The notes beneath the pieces were generated by a model, which did not search any database, had not been told where the DNA came from, and saw nothing but the letters and a program-made list of their open reading frames with translations. From positions 3,744,001 through 3,808,000 of the forward strand of contig OY761158.1 in NCBI GenBank assembly GCA_963664405.1: DNA of 64,000 nt, written 5' to 3'. This stretch comes from Thermoanaerobaculia bacterium (GTDB lineage Bacteria > Acidobacteriota > Thermoanaerobaculia > Multivoradales > Multivoraceae). The translations under genes and the position numbers were made by a program. Shown piece by piece: positions 19,727-32,562 of this stretch (positions within the stretch are counted from its first letter, which is position 1; every line of letters begins with the position of its first letter).

Positions 19727-21235
19727 GTGATCGACGCACAGCTGCGCGGGGAGATCCGTCGTCTGTTCCTGGTCGAGAAGTGGAAAGTCGGCACGATCGC
19801 TCGACAGCTACAGCTGCACCCCTCAACCGTGCGCCGGGCGCTGGAGAAGTCCGGCGTGCTACCCCAGCAGCGACGAGGGAGGATGATCGATCCTTACCTG
19901 CCGTTCATCGAGCAGGTGCTCGGGACCTACCCACGACTGCCGGCGAGCCGTCTCTACACCATGGTGGTGGAGCGCGGCTATCCAGGAGGCCCGGATCAGT
20001 TTCGCCACCTGGTGGCCTCGATGCGACCGAAGCCCCAGCGCGAGGCGTTTCTCTCGCTGCGCATGCTGCCAGGAGAGCAGGCGCAGGTCGACTGGGGCCA
20101 CTTCGGTCGGCTCCGCGTCGGCCGGGCACATCGTCGGCTCTATGCCTTCGTCTTCGTGCTGTCGTTCTCGCGCACGGTCTTCGTGCACTTCACCCTCGAC
20201 ACTCGTCTCGAAACCTTCTTGCACGCTCACCAGCTGGCCTTCCACTACGTCGACGGCGTCGTCAGGACCGTTCTGTACGACAACCTGCGAACCGCGGTGA
20301 TCGAGCGGCAGGGAACCGCGGTGCGCTTCCATCCCGTGCTGCTCGATTTCGCCAGCCACTACGGCTTCCTTCCCACCGTCGCCGCGGTGGCTCGGGGAAA
20401 TGAGAAAGGCCGCGTCGAGCGCGCAATCCGCTTCCTGCGAAGCTCGTTCTTCGGCGCCCGAACGGTGAGCGATTTGGATCGTCTGAATCGGCAGGTCCTG
20501 GAATGGTGCCAGAGGTCGCAGCGCAGACCCTGGCCGCAGGACCGACAGCGAACCGTGAAAAGCGCCCTGGCCCAGGAACGACCTCGACTGCTTGAGCTTC
20601 CCGGAGACGACTTCGAAACCGACCTGCGACTGGAGATCAAGGTCAGAAAGACGCCGATCGTGCGCTTCGACCTCAACGACTACTCGGTGCCGCACAGTCA
20701 TGTGCAGAGGACCGTCACGCTCCTCGCCAGCGAGCATCGGGTGCGGATCCTCGATGGCCAGGAGCTCCTCGCCGAGCACCCTCGCTCGTACTCCCGGGGC
20801 GAGCAGATCCTCGATCCTCAACACCTCGAGGAGCTCCTCGCTCACAAACGCAGGGCCCGACGACACCGGGGCTTCCATCGGCTGTTTTCCGCTGTGCCTC
20901 GATGCGAAGAGCTGATGCAGCAGCTCGCCGAGCGAGGCGAGAACCTCGGAACGCAGACCGCCGGCCTGCTCCGACTCCTGCGCCAGTACGGCCCCCAGCG
21001 ACTCGACAAAGCCGTGCGCGAAGCGCTCCTGAACCACGCACCGCGATTCCAGTCCGTCCGGCTCCTACTCGAACGGCACCAGCGCGGCCTCGGTCAGCCC
21101 CCGGCTTTACCGGTGCCGCTCAGCCAGGAGCTCCAACAGCGAGATCTCTCCGTGAGACCGCACAACCTCGAGGACTACGACCAACTTGGAGGCAACGACG
21201 ATGGCCCGACCCAGGAAGAGTCCAACGATCCCTGA
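19727..21235 (+). CDS. istA: IS21 transposase IstA
   Basis: HTH, PGEQAQVDWG, YDNLRTAV, NEKGRVER DDE motifs; GTG start. Confidence 0.95.
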   Translation: MIDAQLRGEIRRLFLVEKWKVGTIARQLQLHPSTVRRALEKSGVLPQQRRGRMIDPYLPFIEQVLGTYPRLPASRLYTMVVERGYPGGPDQFRHLVASMRPKPQREAFLSLRMLPGEQAQVDWGHFGRLRVGRAHRRLYAFVFVLSFSRTVFVHFTLDTRLETFLHAHQLAFHYVDGVVRTVLYDNLRTAVIERQGTAVRFHPVLLDFASHYGFLPTVAAVARGNEKGRVERAIRFLRSSFFGARTVSDLDRLNRQVLEWCQRSQRRPWPQDRQRTVKSALAQERPRLLELPGDDFETDLRLEIKVRKTPIVRFDLNDYSVPHSHVQRTVTLLASEHRVRILDGQELLAEHPRSYSRGEQILDPQHLEELLAHKRRARRHRGFHRLFSAVPRCEELMQQLAERGENLGTQTAGLLRLLRQYGPQRLDKAVREALLNHAPRFQSVRLLLERHQRGLGQPPALPVPLSQELQQRDLSVRPHNLEDYDQLGGNDDGPTQEESNDP

Positions 21236-21995
21236 CGAACCACTACGAGAGCTCGCCCGATCCCTCGGCTTCTACGCCCTCGTCGACGACTGGGGCACCT
21301 ACCGAGAACAGCCCTGGCTCGAACAGCTGCTGCGCAAAGAAGAGGCCGAGCGCAAACGGCGCAGCCTCGAACGGCGCATCCGCACCAGCCGCGTCGGGCT
21401 CTTCAAGAGCATCGCCGACTTCGACTTCTCCTGGCCCCAGCGCATCGACCGCGAGCAGATCCAGGATCTGCTCACCCTCCAATTCCTCGACGACATCACC
21501 AACGTCATCCTCCTCGGACCCAACGGTGTCGGCAAGACCATGATTGCCAAGAACCTCCTCTACCAGGCGCTGCAACGAGGGGCCACCGCCAGCTTCGTCA
21601 CCGCCTCCGACATGCTCAACGATCTCGCCGTCCAGGAAACCCCCTCGGCGCTCCAGAGAAGGCTCTCCAAATACACCCGACCCTCGCTTTTGGCAATCGA
21701 TGAGCTCGGCTATCTCTCCTACGACCACCGCCACGCGGATCTCCTCTTCGAGGTCGTCTCCAGGAGATACGGCAACAAGCCCATTCTTCTCACCACCAAC
21801 AAGCCCTTCGCCGAATGGGCCGAGGTCTTTCCCAACGCCTCCTGCGTCGTCACTCTCGTCGATCGACTCACCCACCACGCCGAGATCGTCAAGATCGAGG
21901 CTAACTCCTATCGCCGCAAGGAGGCCAAGGAGGCTGCTGAAAAAAAGGCCAAGGACCGCGCCAAAAGGCGGAGCGCAGCACGACGACGCTCATGA
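21201..21995 (+). CDS. istB: IS21 helper ATPase IstB
   Basis: FDFSWP, GPNGVGKT, IDELGYL, VDRLTHH, SYRRKE. Confidence 0.95.
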   Translation: MARPRKSPTIPDEPLRELARSLGFYALVDDWGTYREQPWLEQLLRKEEAERKRRSLERRIRTSRVGLFKSIADFDFSWPQRIDREQIQDLLTLQFLDDITNVILLGPNGVGKTMIAKNLLYQALQRGATASFVTASDMLNDLAVQETPSALQRRLSKYTRPSLLAIDELGYLSYDHRHADLLFEVVSRRYGNKPILLTTNKPFAEWAEVFPNASCVVTLVDRLTHHAEIVKIEANSYRRKEAKEAAEKKAKDRAKRRSAARRRS

Positions 21996-22348
21996 CCCGA
22001 AGCCACTATCGGCGCCAGCTCCTCCGCCTCTATCGACTCCTTCCCGACACCCCGCACCGCTTCCACCACGGCGACCGCGTCATCGTCGACCAGCTCTTCG
22101 ACCAAGACCTGCCTCTCACCGTCCTCCAGGCCGCCCTCCTCCTCGGCTCCGCCCGACGCGCATGCCGAGATCCGCGCCTACCAAAGCTCCAGCCCATCCG
22201 ATCCCTCGCCTACTTTCTCCCCATCCTCCGAGAACTCCCCACGACGCCACCCCCCGAGGGGTACCTCGACTATCTGCGCCACACCCTGAGTCACGCCTCG
22301 CGGGGACAAAAAACCGACTCGCAGCCAACTAAGTGCGCTTTCTCGTAG
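21992..22348 (+). CDS. IS21-borne hypothetical protein
   Basis: ATGA-coupled to istB; stop lies inside the right IR; YRLLPDTP...AALLLGSARR...IRSLAYFLP. Confidence 0.75.
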   Translation: MTRSHYRRQLLRLYRLLPDTPHRFHHGDRVIVDQLFDQDLPLTVLQAALLLGSARRACRDPRLPKLQPIRSLAYFLPILRELPTTPPPEGYLDYLRHTLSHASRGQKTDSQPTKCAFS

Positions 22349-22544
22349 CCGGTAACATGTAGCATCGGTTCGTCGCATGTAAGGGGCCATAAGGTCGTCT
22401 CGGGTGGGAAGAATTGGCGCAGAAACGCTGAGTCGGTGCGGTCGGCAGGGTCTTGTGTGGGGAGAGGGTCGGAATCGAGGCTTTCGGAGACACAGGTCGA
22501 CCGAGGCGGCCTTGGAGGTTTTCGCTGTGGGTCGGGGCTAAGCT

Positions 22545-24029
22545 TCATGAGACGGCGTGGTGCGCTTCGAGCAGCCAAGGGACGGTGTCTCTGAAGCCGA
22601 GGAGGCGAAAGATCATTCTTCGTCCGGACCTGAGGATTTGTGCGGGCACGAGGATGATGTCGTGGTAGAAGGTGCGGAAGTCGCAGCGGGCGATATAGGG
22701 GCGAAGCTTCTTGGGAACCGAGAGAGCCAGCCAGGCTTTCAGGTTCCAGGCCAGACAGCCGATCACCAAGTAGGCCCAGTTGCCAAGGAAGCTCTTGGTC
22801 GGCATCCTCATGGCTTGGATCTGGCTCTTAAGCTGCGCGATCAGGTTCTCCTGGTCGCAGCGCTGGTTGCTTTCGGCAATGATCGCAGCTGCATTGTGAC
22901 TCGTCTTCGGTAGGTTCGTAAGATAGAAGAAGTAGCGGATCTGCGGCTCCAGAAGGTGCTGTCCCTGGGTGACCTTGATCGTTTTTCGCAGGATCACCAG
23001 GCGATAGTTCTGGCGGCACTTCCTCGGCCGATATTCGATCTCGGCGACGTCCTCTTCTTCGAGCTCGAGGTTCAGATACCCCTTGGCTGAGATCACCAGC
23101 TGGCGCTGGTTCTGCGGTCGGGCGCGAAGGCCGGCAGGCACCCGATCCGGCCGCTTCAAAGGCTTGAAATCCCCCTCTTCCAAGCTGTTTGCCAGGTTTT
23201 TGGCCTTCGCGTGGGCCATCATCCCGAACACGAACCGATACCCCTTCTGGTCCCAGCCATCCAGGGAGGCGCTCGACGTGAAGTCGGTGTCTCCGCGAAA
23301 CAGAACCGAGTTGAAACCGCGCGCCAGAGCGGCCTGCGCACAGCGCTCCAGCGCCGCCGCCGAGCCCTCGTGAGAAGGACGAGAGGCGGAGCGATTCTCC
23401 ACCCACAACACCTCCGAGGAGTTCGCCAGCGTGACCAGCAACGGACCGTAACCCCATTTCCCGTTGTACGCCAGGTCGGCACCTTCTCGGCAATCTCCGC
23501 CCACCTCCGCGATCGTCCCGTCAACATCGATCGTCGCTTCGCCCTTGCCCCGCTTCCACTTCCAAGCCCTTTTGCCGATCTCCAGGTTCGCTTCCAACAA
23601 ACCTACAATCTGCTTTTCGTCGAATCGGCGAAGAAAGTCCCCGGCGGTCGTTGGACCCGGAATCCTGCGCGCACCCACTGCGTCCAAATACGCCAGGTCG
23701 CGGCGACGTCGCTCCAGGTCCTCAAGCGTGCAACCACCCGTAACCAAGTTGTAGATCATGTTCAAAATGTGATCCGACTCGTGGTACGGAAAGTGACGCT
23801 TCAACACCTCCACACGCCGATCCAACGTCTTGGCGATACCCAGGTGCTTCACCAGCTGGCGCACCAGACCCAGACCACCACACACAATCGCCTTGCTCCT
23901 CGTCGATATCTGGTAATACACCGATTCCTCCGACAGCATCGGGACATCCGTCTCCGGATACCAGGTCGGATCCAAACGAGCCTTGATCGCCGCTTGACCT
24001 TCTCTCTGCACAACCGTAATCTGTTTCAC
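22545..24029 (-). CDS. IS1380-family transposase
   Basis: YHESDHIL, IDVDGT, FRGDTDF, QRCDQENLIAQLK, NWAY..I.CLAWNL. Confidence 0.92.
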   Translation of the reverse strand: MKQITVVQREGQAAIKARLDPTWYPETDVPMLSEESVYYQISTRSKAIVCGGLGLVRQLVKHLGIAKTLDRRVEVLKRHFPYHESDHILNMIYNLVTGGCTLEDLERRRRDLAYLDAVGARRIPGPTTAGDFLRRFDEKQIVGLLEANLEIGKRAWKWKRGKGEATIDVDGTIAEVGGDCREGADLAYNGKWGYGPLLVTLANSSEVLWVENRSASRPSHEGSAAALERCAQAALARGFNSVLFRGDTDFTSSASLDGWDQKGYRFVFGMMAHAKAKNLANSLEEGDFKPLKRPDRVPAGLRARPQNQRQLVISAKGYLNLELEEEDVAEIEYRPRKCRQNYRLVILRKTIKVTQGQHLLEPQIRYFFYLTNLPKTSHNAAAIIAESNQRCDQENLIAQLKSQIQAMRMPTKSFLGNWAYLVIGCLAWNLKAWLALSVPKKLRPYIARCDFRTFYHDIILVPAQILRSGRRMIFRLLGFRDTVPWLLEAHHAVS

Positions 24030-24171
24030 CTGAAAAGCCTCTCTTTCGTCCGGTGTTTTTTGGGTCTGTCAACCTGAAACTACCTGAAAGAACGGGGCTT
24101 TTCTCCTTTTCTGGCTATCGCAACCACATAGGAAGCGCTTGTTCAAGGGCCGCGTGTACTAGGAACCCCGA

Positions 24172-24918
24172 ATGCGTCGAACGGACAATGAAGCGGAGCT
24201 CGAGATTCTCGACCGGCTCGACCTTCCCTTCGCCGACGCCGAGCGCGGGCTCCTCGACCTGAGGCGAGGAAATCGCATCCTCTTCGGCTGGCGCGCCGTG
24301 GTGGGCACGCTCTTGTCGAGGATGCGCCGATGCGGCCCAGAGCAGACCCTACTCGATGTCGCCGCAGGCAGTGGCGATGTCGGCTCCGCTCTCTCTCGCT
24401 CTGCCTCACGTCGGGGCGTTCGTCTGCGAGTCATCGCTCTGGACCGCAAGCTCAGCCATCTCATTGTGGGCCGCCGCCTGGGAGAGGTGAGCCATGGAGT
24501 GGTTGCCTGCGCAAGGGAGTTGCCGTTCGCCGACGGAGCCTTTGATTGGACGCTTTCCACGTTGTTCTTTCATCATCTCGACCGGCGCTCGAAGAGGCGG
24601 GTTTGCACTGAGATGAAGAGGGTGGCTCGCCGCTCCGCTGTGATCATCGACCTGCGTCGTGCGCGATGGGTAGCCGCCGCCGTCCGCCTTCTTCTTCCTC
24701 TGATCGCCAATGGCCGGATTGCTCGGCGCGACGGCTACACCTCAGTACGGCGAAGCTGGACGCTTTCGGAGTGGCGAACCTTCCTCGAGCCCGAGGTACC
24801 ACAAGAGCTCCGGCATCGTTTCCCGGCAAGGGTCTCCGTGGTGTTGGAGGCCGCTCTTCCCGAGACGTCCAAGAGTCCGGTTCAGGCCTCCATTGACAAG
24901 GGCTCGAGCCCTCCCTAA
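24172..24918 (+). CDS. Class I SAM-dependent methyltransferase
   Basis: LLDVAAGSGD, LPFADGAFD, FFHHL, IIDLRR, DG..SVRRS. Confidence 0.88.
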   Translation: MRRTDNEAELEILDRLDLPFADAERGLLDLRRGNRILFGWRAVVGTLLSRMRRCGPEQTLLDVAAGSGDVGSALSRSASRRGVRLRVIALDRKLSHLIVGRRLGEVSHGVVACARELPFADGAFDWTLSTLFFHHLDRRSKRRVCTEMKRVARRSAVIIDLRRARWVAAAVRLLLPLIANGRIARRDGYTSVRRSWTLSEWRTFLEPEVPQELRHRFPARVSVVLEAALPETSKSPVQASIDKGSSPP

Positions 24919-24921
24919 CAT
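24893..24921 (+). promoter_or_regulatory. Promoter of tRNA-Asn
   Basis: TTGACA-17nt-TAACAT. Confidence 0.65.
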
Positions 24922-24949
24922 ACCTCGTCGCCGTCTGGTGGCAGCTCGG

Positions 24950-25024
24950 TCCTCGGTAGCTCAATGGTAGAGCGTTCGGCTGTTAACCGAAATGTTGGGG
25001 GTTCAAGTCCCTCCCGAGGAGCCA
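24950..25024 (+). tRNA. tRNA-Asn(GTT)
   Basis: TCCTCGG...loop CTGTTAA...GTTCAAGTCC...CCA. Confidence 0.96.
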
Positions 25025-25196
25025 TGCCGCCCCCCCCTTTGCGCGCCGTCCTCGGCGCAGATAGCCGTTGAGTGGGGACCGCGGGGCAGACGCAGTAAAG
25101 AGCCGTCGATTTCCGGGGCCGAGAGGGTAGCTTCGGCACTGAGCTGTAGGTATCATCCGCACATCGCGAGGTGGCGTTCAAACCACGGGAGTTCTG

Positions 25197-26804
25197 ATGT
25201 CAGAGGACACGATTGACCTAGGTGCACGCGGCGAGCTCAGGCCCCGTTCTGTGTTGCGAAATCCAAGTGTTGCGCGACTCTACGAGGAAGCGATCCGTCG
25301 CGGTGAAGCGGTGATCTCGAAGGACGGCCCGCTGCTCGTCGATACTGGAGAGCACACCGGCCGTTCCCCCAAGGACAAGTTCATAGTCCGCGAGGACGGC
25401 TCCAGCGCCGATGTCTGGTGGGGGTCCGTGAACCGGTCTATCTCACCCGAGACTTTCGACGCTCTACTCGAGAGAGCCAGAGCTTACGTGGCCGATCGAG
25501 ACCTCTTCGTCTTCGATGGCTACGCTGGCGCTCATCCCGACCACTGCCTTCCCTTGCGCGTCGTTACTGAAAAGGCTTGGCACAGCCTGTTCGCGTACAA
25601 CATGTTCTTGCGGGAGCACGACCGCCAGAAGCTCGAAGTCTTCGAGCCCCAGGCCTACGTGATCGACGTACCGGGCCTGCTAGCCGATCCAGCTACCGAT
25701 GGCACGAATAGCTCGACGGCCATCCTCGTGAATCTCACCGAACAGTTGGTGCTAATCGGCGGTACCGATTACGCGGGAGAGATCAAGAAGGGTATCTTCG
25801 GCTTGCTCAAGTACATGTTGCCGAAGCGTGGTGTCCTCAGCATGCATTGCAGCGCCAACTACGGTAGCGCAGCCGATGTCGCACTCTTTTTTGGGCTCAG
25901 CGGTACTGGCAAGACCACCCTGAGTGCAGATCCGAAACGCACTCTCATCGGTGACGACGAGCACGGATGGGCCGACGACGGCATCTTCAACTTCGAGGGT
26001 GGCTGCTACGCCAAGGTGATCCGTCTAAGCGAGGAGACTGAGCCCGAGATCTTCGCGACAACGCGGCGCTTCGGGACCATCCTCGAGAATATTGTCTTTG
26101 ATCCGGCGACACGGGCCTTGGATCTCGATGACAACACCAAGACCGAAAACACCCGCTCGAGCTATCCACTGACTATGTTGGACAATGTTGATCTAAGCGG
26201 GGTAGCCGGGCATCCGAGCAGTGTCGTCTTTCTTACCTGTGACGCTTTCGGGGTGTTGCCTCCGATCAGCCGACTCGACGAAGCGCAGGCGATGTACCAT
26301 TTTCTCAGCGGCTATACCGCCAAGGTCGCGGGCACCGAGCGAGGAGTGACCGAACCGCAGGCGACATTCAGCACCTGCTTCGCGGCGCCCTTCATGCCCC
26401 TGCATCCTCCGGTCTACGCGAAGATGCTCGGCGAGAAGATTCGCCGCCACGGTGCCCAGGTCTGGCTCATCAACACCGGATGGACCGGTGGTCCGCACGG
26501 CGAAGGCGAACGGATTCCACTTCCTCATACCCGCCGCATGGTCGATGCCGTTTTGAGTGGCGAGCTCCTCGATGCCGAGACACGGATCGACGAGGTTTTC
26601 GGTTTGGAGGTACCGTTGGCCGTCGAGGGCGTGCCAAGCGCCATCCTGGACCCGCGATTGACCTGGGGGGACGGAGCGGCCTACGACGCGCAGTCTGCGA
26701 AGCTGGCGGAGATGTTTGCCACCAACTTCGAGCCCTTTGCCGAGGAGGCGGGGTCTGAAGTCGCCGCCGCCGGTCCCCGCCGCGGGGCACCGACGGCGAG
26801 CTAG
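25197..26804 (+). CDS. pckA: Phosphoenolpyruvate carboxykinase (ATP)
   Basis: TGRSPKDK, SMHCSAN, GLSGTGKTTLS, LIGDDEHGW, NFEGGCYAK. Confidence 0.97.
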   Translation: MSEDTIDLGARGELRPRSVLRNPSVARLYEEAIRRGEAVISKDGPLLVDTGEHTGRSPKDKFIVREDGSSADVWWGSVNRSISPETFDALLERARAYVADRDLFVFDGYAGAHPDHCLPLRVVTEKAWHSLFAYNMFLREHDRQKLEVFEPQAYVIDVPGLLADPATDGTNSSTAILVNLTEQLVLIGGTDYAGEIKKGIFGLLKYMLPKRGVLSMHCSANYGSAADVALFFGLSGTGKTTLSADPKRTLIGDDEHGWADDGIFNFEGGCYAKVIRLSEETEPEIFATTRRFGTILENIVFDPATRALDLDDNTKTENTRSSYPLTMLDNVDLSGVAGHPSSVVFLTCDAFGVLPPISRLDEAQAMYHFLSGYTAKVAGTERGVTEPQATFSTCFAAPFMPLHPPVYAKMLGEKIRRHGAQVWLINTGWTGGPHGEGERIPLPHTRRMVDAVLSGELLDAETRIDEVFGLEVPLAVEGVPSAILDPRLTWGDGAAYDAQSAKLAEMFATNFEPFAEEAGSEVAAAGPRRGAPTAS

Positions 26805-26809
26805 CGGGT

Positions 26810-28321
26810 CTAGCTCCGCGCTGCCGGGGCGATGCTTGCCGGGTCCAGGAGCCTCTGCTCCGCCGCCCACTCCATCAGCCGCGAAGTACCACCGGCGAAG
26901 TAGTGAGCCTGCCGCCCGCCGGCTCTGAGCCGCTCGGCGAGATGTGCGCTCTTGAACTCCACTTCGCAGCAAACGACGTAGACGCGCTTCTGGTCGAAGT
27001 GCGGGCAGGCCGCGAGCGCCGCGCCGAAGTCGAGGCGCAGCGCGCCGGGATAGTGCCAGCTCGAGAAAGCACTCTTGGAGCGCAGATCGATGACCTCGGC
27101 GCCTTCGGGAATCGCCGTCGTAGCCAGGGGGTCGTTCTCTCTTCGCTGGCTGGCGGCTTCGAAGGTCCGAAGATCGATGCTCGGTGAGTCCAGGAGGCTG
27201 GTTGTGAAGGCTTCGAGGTCGAGGTCTCTCTCCGCTTCCTCGAGCTCATCCACGGTGCTGGTTGTGGCCGGTGAACGCCCCTGCAGGGCGCAGTACTCTG
27301 GCACCTGCGCCGAGAGCTCGAAAGTCCCGATGCGGCGGGCGAGAGCGATGATCTCGCTTTTGTCGAAACCGAGCAGAGGGCGAAGAACCGCGCTTGGCGA
27401 CGCCGCCGCTATGACGTTGAGGTTCTCCAGCGTCTGCGAAGAAACCTGGCCAAGGGCTTCGCCTGTCAGGACGGCGCCGGCACCCGTCCTGGCCGCAATC
27501 TCGTGGGCGCCACGAAGCATGATTCGCTTCAGCACTACTTGCCAGAGCCGCTCAGGAGTGCGCTCGCGCAGCTCTTCGACCTGGGGGCGCAGATCGACCA
27601 ACCAGAGCGTCGGCCTGTCACCATAGCTCCAATCGCGGGCCAGCACCTGAATTACCTCGAGCACCTGGCTCTCGTGCTCGCTCCCGCCCAGGTTGTAAAA
27701 GAGGTAGTCGATGGCGACTCCGCGTTTCAGCATCAGCCAGGAAGCCACCGCCGAGTCGATGCCCCCCGATACCAGCGACAGGACACGTCCGCCGCTGCCG
27801 ACGGGCAGACCGGCAGATCCTTTTGCGACATCGTGGAACAAGTGAACCACCGTCGGGTCGAGCTCCATTCGTACGGTTACGTCCGGGCTCGAAAGATTGA
27901 CCGAAGCAGCGTGCTGGAGTAGCCGGGTCCCGAGCTCCCGCTCGAGGTCCACCGAGCGCCATGTCACTTGATCGCGGATTCGGCTTCTCCGCACCCGCAC
28001 GGCGAAGCTCTTGTCGCGAACGAGGTCGCGGAACTTCTCTTCACCGAGGCGCAGCAGGTCATCGAGATCATTCCACTCGACGCACTCTTCGGGTGAGACG
28101 GACTGAATGCCGAAGATACGACCCAGCACCGGGCCCGCTCCCTCGTCCGCGGAGAGGTAGAAGCGGTTGCGCGCCAATTTCAACGAGAAGCCGATCCCGT
28201 GACTCTTCATCGCGTCGCGGATGTTCAATGCCAGCCGGCGGCGGAAGCGCGCGTAAGCACGCCCCTTCTTGGTGCTTAGATCACCGGATAGGCGGATGAG
28301 ATAGGTCTGTCGCTCTGACAT
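26810..28321 (-). CDS. thiI: tRNA 4-thiouridine synthase with THUMP and C-terminal rhodanese domain
   Basis: PP-loop SGGIDS, TGEALGQVSSQT, PEYC, rhodanese Cys in VVCCEV. Confidence 0.93.
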   Translation of the reverse strand: MSERQTYLIRLSGDLSTKKGRAYARFRRRLALNIRDAMKSHGIGFSLKLARNRFYLSADEGAGPVLGRIFGIQSVSPEECVEWNDLDDLLRLGEEKFRDLVRDKSFAVRVRRSRIRDQVTWRSVDLERELGTRLLQHAASVNLSSPDVTVRMELDPTVVHLFHDVAKGSAGLPVGSGGRVLSLVSGGIDSAVASWLMLKRGVAIDYLFYNLGGSEHESQVLEVIQVLARDWSYGDRPTLWLVDLRPQVEELRERTPERLWQVVLKRIMLRGAHEIAARTGAGAVLTGEALGQVSSQTLENLNVIAAASPSAVLRPLLGFDKSEIIALARRIGTFELSAQVPEYCALQGRSPATTSTVDELEEAERDLDLEAFTTSLLDSPSIDLRTFEAASQRRENDPLATTAIPEGAEVIDLRSKSAFSSWHYPGALRLDFGAALAACPHFDQKRVYVVCCEVEFKSAHLAERLRAGGRQAHYFAGGTSRLMEWAAEQRLLDPASIAPAARS

Positions 28322-28486
28322 CGGTCGCCGCGTCCATTATGGGGGTAAGCTTGAGAGTCTCCTAGGAGCGTGTCCGAGAAATTCGGGCAGGCGAGTAGTT
28401 CTTAGGGGGGGATGGGCCGGAGAATGGGCCGGAGGCCCGTTTTCCGGGGCTAGCGCCTACGACCGATAACTCGAGATGGAGGAGCG

Positions 28487-30469
<1,983 letters not shown>

Positions 30470-30477
30470 CCTTCCCA

Positions 30478-30533
30478 TTGACAGCGGCGAATCGCCTGCT
30501 ATGATCAATCAGTACCGATTTGGTACTGATTGA
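30478..30533 (+). promoter_or_regulatory. suf promoter with a perfect palindromic operator
   Basis: TTGACA-16nt-TATGAT with extended TG, followed by TCAATCAGTACC-gattt-GGTACTGATTGA (30505-30533). Confidence 0.8.
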
Positions 30534-30542
30534 GATCAGCCG

Positions 30543-31007
30543 ATGATCCGTTTAACTAAGATCGCTGACTACGGCGTGGTGCTGATGTCTCACATTGCCG
30601 CCGAGCCGGGCCACCTCCACACAGCAACCGCGCTTTCGCGCGAGGCGCACGTCGCAGTGCCGACCGTCTCCAAGGTGCTAAAGATTCTCCAGCGGAGCGG
30701 ATTGCTTGTGTCCCATCGCGGAGCAACCGGCGGTTACGCTCTCGCTCGCGAACCTGGCGACATTTCGGTGGCCGAGGTCATTTCGGCCATGGAGGGTCCG
30801 ATCGCGGTGACCGAGTGCGTCGAGGACAGCCCCGGAGAGTGCTCGGTCGAAGATGTGTGTCGCATACGCGGCAGCTGGCAGAAGATCAACGAGGCGGTTC
30901 GCGCGGCTCTTGAAGGAATCAATCTGGAGGAGATGGCGGAGTCGTTCCACCACGACTCGCCCTCGTTTTCTGAGAATCTCGTTCATATCCGGGGCCACGC
31001 CGTTTAG
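30543..31007 (+). CDS. Rrf2-family SUF system regulator
   Basis: ADYG, SHRGATGGY, EGPIAVTEC...C....C. Confidence 0.92.
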   Translation: MIRLTKIADYGVVLMSHIAAEPGHLHTATALSREAHVAVPTVSKVLKILQRSGLLVSHRGATGGYALAREPGDISVAEVISAMEGPIAVTECVEDSPGECSVEDVCRIRGSWQKINEAVRAALEGINLEEMAESFHHDSPSFSENLVHIRGHAV

Positions 31008-31033
31008 CGTAGGCTTCTTGGGGAGATCTGATT

Positions 31034-32482
<1,449 letters not shown>

Positions 32483-32562
32483 GGGCAGTTACTTTGAAAA
32501 GTTTTGTTGTCGGGGCCGCGGCTGAACCAGCCGGATGCCCGACGTGAAGGAGTCTTGAGTCA

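Larger units (their letters stand above)
18968..22357 (+). mobile_element. IS21-family element (3390 bp, four ORFs)
   Basis: Ends TGTTGATGGCTGCGAGAAAGCGCA / TGCGCTTTCTCGTAGCCGGTAACA, repeated GGCTGCGAG subterminal motifs, 5-bp TSD TGTAG (18963-67, 22358-62). Confidence 0.93.
18940..24148 (-). mobile_element. IS1380-family element, interrupted by IS21
   Basis: IRs CCTTAAACAAGCGCTTC (18941) and GAAGCGCTTGTTCAAGG (ending 24148). About 1.8 kb after removing the nested IS21. Flanked by the direct repeat GCCGCGTGTACTAG. Confidence 0.85.

Noticed and set aside
28361-28452. IS-end-like CTAGGAGCGTGTCCGAGAAATT and a doubled ATGGGCCGGAG
   Set aside because: No matching second IR or second copy seen; too weak to call.
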